A model generated the notes under the pieces. That model did no database searches. It worked only from the letters and a program-made list of their open reading frames with translations, and had not been told where the DNA came from. DNA of 64,000 nt from Hormiphora californensis (lineage: Eukaryota > Animalia > Ctenophora), in NCBI GenBank assembly GCA_020137815.1, contig CM035353.1, positions 3,162,001 to 3,226,000 on the forward strand. The letters are read 5' to 3'. Every line of letters begins with the position of its first letter. Positions within the stretch are counted from its first letter, which is position 1. Below, in pieces: positions 56,577 through 64,000 of this stretch. Both the position numbers and the translations under genes were made by a program.

Positions 56577-58137
56577 AGGGAATGCATGAGTCTGCAAATT
56601 GCATTTTACAGCACACACACATGCGACAGAATTGCGTGTATGTACTGCTCCAGCAGGCGCAGTGACAATTTATAAGAGCTCGCAAGTCACAAAAAAGGAA
56701 GGGGGAGGCTAGAGAGAGAAAGAAGAAAAGAAAAAGAGAAGAGAAGAGGGAAGAGAAGAGCAAGAATGAGAAAGAAATTTCCCCGCCTGGCCTGCCTCTC
56801 CCCTCTTCTCTCAGCGCTCGCGCCCTCCGTCCCTCTCCTTGCCCCTCTCCTCTCTCTCTCCGGCCCTCTCCCCCCTCGCCTCCTCCTTCGCCTCTCCTCT
56901 GCTCTCTCTCTCGCCGCCCTCTCTCCTCCTCTCTCCTCCCCTCTCTCGCCGCACCTCCTCCCTCTCTCGCTTCCTCTTCCCGCTCTCTCTCTCCTCTCCT
57001 TCTCCCGCTCCCTCGCCCTGCGTCTTCTCCCCTATTTTTTTTCCCCCTCTAATCGTGTAAAAGAATTCACACCACCGGTTTTACCGTTATGAGACCCGGC
57101 CCAAATGGAAACCATCTTGGTGAAAATACTACACTGTGGTAAATAGTGGCACCAGTTTCGTACTATTTAGAACTAAAATTTAATTGGTGCACTGATGAAG
57201 TTGTAATACGACAAAAAAAGCAGCCTATTGGACAACTTATTATTGATTCAGTTCTGCGGAATTCCTTAGCTGATACTGCATTATACTCTACTAGAATTAC
57301 TGGACTTGTCAATGTCGAGTAAAGGGATTGAAACTCGTGCTCGATAACCCACGATACAACATTGAAATGCATTTATCATAAATTAAAAAGAAGCATTCGA
57401 GAGGCTTGGTATATCATATTATACGGACTATTTGTATGGAATATGGAGTTGGTAACACTAACCTATAAAAGAAAGATGGTGCAAGTTCCTCGTCTACATC
57501 GATGCAATCCTGCCCCTCGTCCACGCTACATTGCTCAAACACGCTCAGACATGTTATGTAGGTATACTTAGCATCCGCCTTGGTGAAGGTGAAATTACAG
57601 ACTTCTGGGGGCCTCGGGTAGGGGTATGTTCTCCACCCGCTTGGTTGACAAAACTGGAGAGAAAGAAGTCATGGTAATATCATTACTTGACGTGTCGCTC
57701 ACAAAGCACATGATCGATACAGAAGGTGTAACCGAGTAGAGGGTTTGTGCCAGCATGCTTTTCAGGTAATTACCATGAGCAGTCCATCGGTTTGCAGATC
57801 ATTTCCGGGCCAGTCCTCCTTAGGGAATCGTTGTACTATTTTACCATCCGCAACATTATCTACGGACATTTTGGTCAGTTTGGGGCTTGGGCTAATAATT
57901 ACTCTTGATCCCACGAACTAGCCTTCCCCCGGGGCACAGATTCGCAAACAAGTGGTGTACTCCGTAATAATCCCGCAATAATTCCCACTCGACCATTATA
58001 TGATATTATAATGTTAATTGTCAGTTCAATGTACGTTGCTAATTACCATTTCGACGATCCTCATCATCTCCGTCTATGTCATTGTTGTTGTATGCAAGCT
58101 CTAGAATAGCTACATAATCCACTAGACGGAGAACCAT
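35203..58137 (-). CDS. SBF2: SET-binding factor / myotubularin-related protein 5/13 (DENN, SBF2, GRAM and myotubularin domains), multi-exon, 3' end not found
   Basis: Exon 1 58047-58137 [13 protein letters not shown]; 57774-57859 [12 protein letters not shown]; 57599-57653 FCQPSGW; ~55957-56071 [11 protein letters not shown]; ~53795-53926 [10 protein letters not shown]; ~53496-53631 SYIPVLP...SPVPYLAG; ~52850-52963 LVDLDNG; ~52280-52405 [10 protein letters not shown]; ~44338-44442 QFMY...FWE; ~41916-42098 WLLVPL; ~40161-40277 [16 protein letters not shown] (GRAM); ~38645-38790 [12 protein letters not shown]; 36505-36573 NIH; 35203-35301 ENSNWLEH. Some exons contain apparent consensus indels. 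Confidence 0.9.
36738..36820. mobile_element. 83-bp minimal member of the TTGG...CCAA family
   Basis: ttggtaacgaag...ttcgtaaccaa with nested GC hairpins; flanks agtattacc / agtaaattacc. Confidence 0.75.
36895..37452 (-). repeat. Irregular tandem array of an SBF acceptor site plus exon start
   Basis: Six copies of gggatatgggagagcgtcgcttgggatcctg (+ strand) with variable spacers. Confidence 0.9.
37520..37628. mobile_element. 109-bp hAT-type MITE
   Basis: Same family; TSD gtattgtc / gtattatc. Confidence 0.88.
38290..38610 (+). repeat. 22-bp G-rich minisatellite in an SBF intron
   Basis: attaggggcgggaattgggtgg, about 12-13 copies. Confidence 0.93.
38810..38908 (+). repeat. 10-bp tandem repeat
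   Basis: (aattgggaat)n. Confidence 0.9.
40585..40806 (-). mobile_element. Small inverted-repeat retro-insertion containing a spliced-leader-like segment and a degenerate hammerhead-like core (Penelope pLTR-like)
   Basis: Inverted arms 40585-40659 / 40737-40806, each containing AATAAA. The spacer on - reads TTTTCAAACTCTTCACTTCTTTGAATAAATTAATTTGAG-CCTGATGCTGATACTGAGCATCGAAA. Confidence 0.5.
44733..44836. mobile_element. 109-bp-family hAT-type MITE, one end eroded
   Basis: Same internal sequence, with the right TIR intact. Confidence 0.85.
46215..46450 (+). repeat. ~41-bp tandem repeat
   Basis: gaattctcacttcctttctataactctctcgttctctgta, about 5-6 copies. Confidence 0.9.
48487..48595. mobile_element. 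109-bp hAT-type MITE whose TSD duplicates an SBF donor site
   Basis: TSD attcgtac at 48479-48486 and 48596-48603 (gtacgaat on -). Confidence 0.92.
52141..52249. mobile_element. 109-bp hAT-type MITE
   Basis: TSD attgtaac on both sides. Confidence 0.92.
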
Positions 58138-59387
58138 CAACTACATTTACAGCTACAACTAACTGGGAAATTTCAATGTCATTATCAATGTCATAATAAT
58201 ATCTATGTCCCGTACTGCAGTTCAAAAACCATCTACTTTATTAATTACAGCTAAAACTAACAGGGGAATTTCATCGTAATTATCACTGTTTCAATACCAC
58301 CTTTCAGACGCTATTGCCACTGAAACTTTCAGTGGTTTTTGAGTGGTTTTTCTGCTGCTATGATGAGAAATATGTCTTCACATATAATATCCAACTTGGC
58401 AGGATGTGCCAGGGTGGGTCACCTAAGTGTGACTTGTGAGGGTGTAGACTGATGACAAAGGAACGATGGTTGCAAATCACTGCGCTGGCAAGCGCAAAGG
58501 TGACCATCCCCTCCCCCCAGCCGCGCGTGCCAGAGTGCAGTAATAACTTTTTTCAGTTTTTAGCCAAAAATGGCATTTTGCGACTCCCATAGCGTAGCAC
58601 CCACTGCACCGATCGGTCTAAAATTTGGTAAACAGTGTCACATAGTCTAGATCTACTGTAGTTTAAAAGGGCAAGTCTCTATCTCTTTTAGTTTTAGAGA
58701 TATGGCATCGTGAAAAAAGCAATAAATGTCCCGGGTCTATCTATCTATCTATCTATCATCTATCTATGTATCTATGGATAGACGCTGTTTTTACCAAATT
58801 TATAATCATTTTTGAGAGAAAACGACATAAGATAGACACTTCTCGTTTGTTGCACTCGAAAGATAATCGTTCAAATTGTGTAGACGAATAGTTTTCATGT
58901 TCTAGGTCCAACCAGAACGTCTTAACAAACTGTCATAAAGATACGAGTTTTTTCAATTCAACCAAATTTCTTTGAGCTCAATTTAAACCCTGAAGACGGC
59001 TTCTGATCGAAAAACGGAGACCACACTTATGAAAGATAATCGTCTATACTTTCAGAAACTATATAGCGAATTTATGAAACTATATTTCTAAGGGTCTTAA
59101 ATCGCGTCTGAAGTGTTAAGACTGTATGAAAATAGATATGACGATAGTACGTTTTTCGCCATAGCGACCTCAAATCTTATCCAATCGATCTCAAACTTGA
59201 TCAGCATCTTTATCTAGATGAGTCTGATAATAATACATCCCTATCATGACGTTATAACGTCGTGACGTCACTCTATGACGTCATTATGACGTCAAAATTG
59301 AAATTTTCGTACTTTAGCGATTTTTACACGTCCAGACATGTCTTACATCGTATTTCACATCAGAAAATACCAAAAATATACCCCAAT

Positions 59388-59750
59388 TATGCCAAAAACT
59401 AACAGAAATTAGTTGGCTGGAAAGGTGACCGTTTTGTTGTCAAACTGACACCTTTGCCCGGCCCGGGTTACGGATATCATCGATGGGGTAAATCAGTGAG
59501 TTTGAAGAGAGTGGGAGAGATGAGAGAGAGAGAGAGAGAGAACGAGGAGAGAGAGAGAGAGAGAAGAAGATAGAGAGAGATGAAGAGAGATGAAGAGAGA
59601 GAAAAATAGATAGATAGTAGATCAGAAGAGTATAGAATCAGAGAGGGAAATATAAAATGATGAAACCCGGCGGAGAGGGGCGAAGGTGTCAAGTTTGACA
59701 ACAAAATGGTCACCTTTCCAGCCAACTAATTTCTGTTAGTTTTTGGCATA
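59388..59750. mobile_element. MITE with ~67-bp TIRs
   Basis: tatgccaaaaactaacagaaattagttggctggaaaggtgacc... and its inverse at 59683-59750. Confidence 0.8.
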
Positions 59751-59758
59751 TAGTTCAG

Positions 59759-60150
59759 GTTTATCATGGCACCAGGAGTGTGACAGACTGGTCCAGAATC
59801 AGGGACATTGTTAGTGGTATCTTCTCTACAGATTCAGGGGGTCTCGGACAAAGGAAAATATCATTCTACGGGAATGACCCGGTTTGTTAATCAGGAACCG
59901 ACCGAAACAAGTAAACAACTAGTCAGAACTCGTTATTTAGGTCACGTGACTGGTTATCAGCCAATCAGGGACCAGTATTTCCTGATTCGGTCGGTTCCTG
60001 GTTTGTTTTTTCAAGTACTTTGTCCTCCCAGACGACGCCCCCCAGGTTATGCACGTGTGGGGCCATCTCTCCAGGGCTTTGGGCCCCCCCTTTTTTGTCA
60101 TTTTTTTGGGCAATTTGCCATGAAATGATGGGGTACTTGGGGGAAAAATT
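59759..60150 (+). CDS. Tentative exons of an unidentified gene
   Basis: ttcag|VYHGTRSVTDWSRIRDIVSGIFSTDSGGLGQRKISFYGNDP|gt (59759-59881), then aag|YFVLPDDAPQVMHVWGHLSRAL... running into low-quality sequence; no family recognised. Confidence 0.35.
59892..60000. mobile_element. 109-bp hAT-type MITE, opposite orientation to the other copies
   Basis: Reverse complement of the family consensus. Confidence 0.88.
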
Positions 60151-62909
60151 TGCTGTGAAGGTCCCAAATAAAAGGGACAAATCTGAGTAGGAAAGTATTC
60201 TCTTTCTGTTTTTTAAACGGATTTTCTTTCTTTTTTTTTTGCTCCCTTGGTGCCCTTCCTTTTTCTGTTGTGCCCTCCCAACGGCCGAGGTTGTGGACAT
60301 GTCCTCCCCCCCAAAAATCATATCCCCCCCAGGGCCCTCAGTAACTAAAACCCAAAAACCCACAAAAAAAAAATAAACCTTTTGAACTTTGGAGGAGGCT
60401 AAAAAACTCCCCCAATTCCCCCCTTTAAAAAAAGCAAGAGAAAAAAACCCTTTATTCTGATAAAAACCCTTAAAGGCCCCCCCCTTTGGGAAAAAAATCA
60501 AGGGGGATTAATTTTTGGGCTGTTAAAATTTTTTTCTTTAGTTTTTTTTTTAAACTCTTACCCAAACCCTTCCCTTTTTTTTGTTGAAACTCGGGGGTAG
60601 GGAAAACAGGGTCATTGGGATTAATGAAAAAACTTCCCTTTCTCTCTCCCTTCCCTCCCCCTCCTCTCTCCTCTAAGCCAACCCCAAACCCCCCCAACTC
60701 TAACCCTGTTCCCCCCTAACGAACTTTACCGAGCCCCTAACCCCTAAAAAACCCCCGCTGCGCTCAAAAAATCCAGATTTTAAAAAGAAAAAAGAAATTT
60801 GTAAAATGAAAAATTTTTAAAACTTTGGGTTTTGTAAAACCCAAAAAAAAAAAAAGGAAACCCAAAAAAAAAAAGAACCAAACCAAAAAATCAAATTTGG
60901 AAACAAATCATCCCGGATCCTCACTTCTTCCATTCCCCTCTCAAGTCTCAAATCACCATTTCAGTATTTTTTTAGACCCAGTGATAGCAATCTTTCCCCC
61001 GATTTCCTCTTAAAAAGCAATAAGGCAATTTATTCAGGAGGGAGAATCTACCCTCGTCCCAGGTGCCCATAACTTCAAATTTTACGGGTTTTCCGGGTTC
61101 CCTTTTGGAGATTCGGTGTGAGAGAGTCTTTAAACAAACCCTTTTTAAACCCTTTGTTTAAAACCCTTTAAATTTGTAAACTTGGGGGACCCGGCACGCC
61201 CATACGGACTTTTCAAACTCCGCCCCGCCCCCTTTCTGACATTAACGCGCAACACCAAAAGGTGAAAGCGAGGGCCCAAAAATTTTCCCCGCGGGGAAAT
61301 TTTTTTTTGGGTTTTAAAAATTAAAAAGTTTTTCGTGTTTTTTTTCACTTATTTTTTATTCAAGGGGCCCATTTGGCCGCCACCCCCCCCCCCTTTTTAA
61401 AAAAAAAAAAGTTTTGTAGGGGAAAATTTCCCAAAAAGGATTTTTGGGGTTTACCTTTTTTGGGGAAACCTGATTTTTCAGAGTTTCAGGCTCGTCCCAA
61501 AAAAGCTTTCCCGCGGGGGTTTAGCAACGTTTTCCAACCTGAAAAGCAACCGGCAAATTCACGGTTTTTTTGGGTTTGAACGTTTTTTGGGCAAAAAACG
61601 TTTTTGGTCAAAAAACTCCCCCCCTTTTTCCTTTTTAAAGCAACTAACGAATTTACCCCCGCAGTTAGGCTACCGTACTTTTCGCGTTGTATTTAGGAAA
61701 TAAAATTTTAAAATAAATTTGTAAATTTGAATTTTTTTCCAAAAGGGGGGCCCAAAACCTGAAAAAATAATCTAGGATCAATCTGGCACCCCACCTTAAA
61801 CACCTCAAGCACCCATTAAAATGGAACCAAAACAATCCCTTTCTTTCCCTTCCCTCTTGACTTAAGGGGAACCCCCGGGTAAGGTGCCAAATTCCCGCGT
61901 TTGTTTTTGGAAATTTTGGGGGATTTTGAAAAATTTTGGGTTTTAAAATTAAATTTTTTGGGGCCGGGTCCTTTTTTTCGGGAAACTTTCTTTGTTTTTG
62001 AGTGCCTTTGGAGAGCGACCCAAAATTACCGTAAATTGTGGGTAAAAAACGTTTGTAAAATTTTAACAAAATTCAGGGTTTGGCGCACCCCCCAAAAAAA
62101 AATTTTTGGGGTTGGAACTTTTTAAATTAATTTTGGGGAAGCGATCTTAAGTTTTTGGCCCAAATGTTTTTCCCCTAACAAGGTTTTTAATTGTAAGAAA
62201 CCGGATTAGACTTTGGGTTTTTGAACTTTGGTCAAACGTTTTTGGTTATAACTCCGTCAATTCTTGACCAAGTTGCATAAACCTGGGTTCGTTGGAATTT
62301 GGAAAGATGGCATTTCAAACGAGCCCAACTTTAAATTGGTCAAGAATTGACGGAGTTATGAACAAAAACGTTCATTTTCGCACAGGCAGTTCGTTTTAGT
62401 TTCGCATGCACTTTAGGGTAAGTAGTCGGGTGGTTTTTGGGTTTGGGGTTTGGGGCTCGAATTTGGATTAAACGAATTTTTCCAAATAATTTAGGGCCCC
62501 GGGGCCGTCACCTATAAAAGGTTTAAACATGTAGAGATATTTGTTCTAAACTGATCGGGAAAGGTGATTGAAATTTAGATAACAGAATCAAGAAAATTTT
62601 GGGAAGTAAGAGCCAGGGAGAAGGTGTCGAGAAAGAGAGAAATTCATAGAGGTAGAAAGGGGAGGGAGAGAGATTAAACAGAACCCTCGATTTGCGATCG
62701 GTACGATCGCCCCAGTTATACTAGTCAATTTTGATTTGGGCACTGGGGCATGTCACCTAAATTTAAAGTAGTGTCTCTAAGATCTAGTGTCTCGAAGATC
62801 TAGTGTCTCCAAGATGAATAGTGTATCTAAGACCGTGCATGCGTGATATCGTGATGTAGTTGTAGTATAATCATGAACTCTAAAGTATAACTCTTTCTGT
62901 TATAGTAAG

Positions 62910-64000
62910 ATGCCAGGCAGAGAAATTATTGGCCGTCGAGATTATGAGCTCTTTATACGGCCCTTTCCGGAAGATGCAGATTGTGACCGGGTGAAGAAAA
63001 AGATTATCCGGCATACACAGGTATTTAAATCACCAACTCGTGCTCAAACCTAGAATTTTGGGGAATTTTGTTAACATATTAACAGTCGCTTTTTGAAAGC
63101 TTGAATCCTTATAAATTGCTCGATCACTTTCGTAGGAGCTAGCACAAAAATGTAGAACTACACCGATTTAGTCTCTACTCAAGTTTCATGCAACTTAATT
63201 AAATAAGCAATCGTCAGGTCACCTGTTGTTTATTAACAGTATAGTGTTTTTGTATTGGATATCATCTATTCCGCCCATGTTTCTCAACCAACCTCTGTCC
63301 CGCCCACAGGTACCGATAAAGAATGTACGATTAAAAGGAAGTTCTGCGTTTGTTGTGTACAACAATCCCCAGGATGCAGCCAGAGCCATTTCAATTCTTG
63401 AGAAAACCCCACTGATTGGAGCAGATGGCTCCATCATGACGACCAAATACACAGTGGACTACGGTGACGATCCTTATAACAAGGACCTGCCCAGGCGATC
63501 TGCATCTCCTCAGAAACATCTCCTCAGAAACCTGCCCAGGCGATCTGCCTCACCTCAGAAAGGCATGAGGCGATCAATGTCACCCCAAAAGGGAATGAGA
63601 CGTTCTGTATCGCCGGATAAGCAGCGAAGAGGAAACTCTCCAGGAAGAAGTCGAAATGGAAATCGTGGTGGGGGACCTCACTACAGGGAGATCAAGAGGG
63701 TCATGGAGGAGTTTGATGGGCATCCAGAAATGGCAAAGTTATCAAGTTTGATAGGCCAGCGCCTCCCTAGAACGGACATTCCCATACACACGGAGTGCCA
63801 CTGCAAATCAATACATCCTGTATGTGGGTTTTTCCCTGATACTATTCCCATAGTTCCCGCTACCGGGACACCTCCCTCCGTAGTCATGACAACGCAACAA
63901 GCACAGAAGCTATACAATGATTTGTGCACGGCGGGAAAGGAGAAAAAGAAAAAGCCTACCAACAAGAAAAAGTGGTTGTCAATGAGACACCAACCTGTTA
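62910..64000 (+). CDS. RRM-domain protein with RRSxSP(Q/D)K repeats; runs off the window end
   Basis: Exon 62910-63020 MPGREIIGRRDYELFIRPFPED (RNP2-like); exon 63310->64000 KGSSAFVVYNNPQDAARAI (RNP1-like), then RRSASPQK x2, RRSMSPQK and RRSVSPDK; GT-AG phase-0 intron. Confidence 0.75.

Noticed and set aside
58400-58500. In-frame TGA in 'CDL*GC' resembling a CxxU selenoprotein motif
   Set aside because: No recognisable selenoprotein fold or SECIS, and the downstream segment looks like a transposon-terminal hairpin.
58989-59015. CTGAAGA...GAAA hammerhead-like string
   Set aside because: No convincing stems I-III; it lies within a DNA-type repeat.

Overview
Eukaryotic (animal) genomic DNA with short spliceosomal introns, abundant (AG)n/(CT)n microsatellites and dense MITEs. 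The repeat families and a spliced-leader-like relic suggest a ctenophore (Pleurobrachia-like); this is an inference, not verified. Gene content: three tandem rhodopsin-class orphan GPCR genes on + (last exon at 364-1021; 17827-19084; 26889-33634); a multi-exon SBF1/SBF2 (MTMR5/13: DENN-SBF2-GRAM-myotubularin) gene on - (58137 down to at least 35203, with its 3' part not found); an RRM + RS/SP-repeat gene starting at 62910; and a tentative unknown gene near 59.8-60.1 kb. Mobile DNA: a single-ORF EN-RT-RNaseH non-LTR element (Lian/LOA-like) with a long structured 3' UTR, an intact RTE LINE nested in a 9-bp-TSD DNA element inside a GPCR intron, L2 and RTE fragments, and several hAT-, Tc1-, Harbinger- and Kolobok-like MITEs and foldbacks. 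Most notable observations: an SL-exon-like sequence fused to a degenerate hammerhead/Penelope-like inverted repeat (40585-40806), recurrent tandem arrays built from splice junctions, and a 109-bp MITE placed in one orientation just after 5' splice sites. Regions at about 49.8-50.9, 56.7-57.1 and 60.05-62.5 kb look like low-quality consensus.
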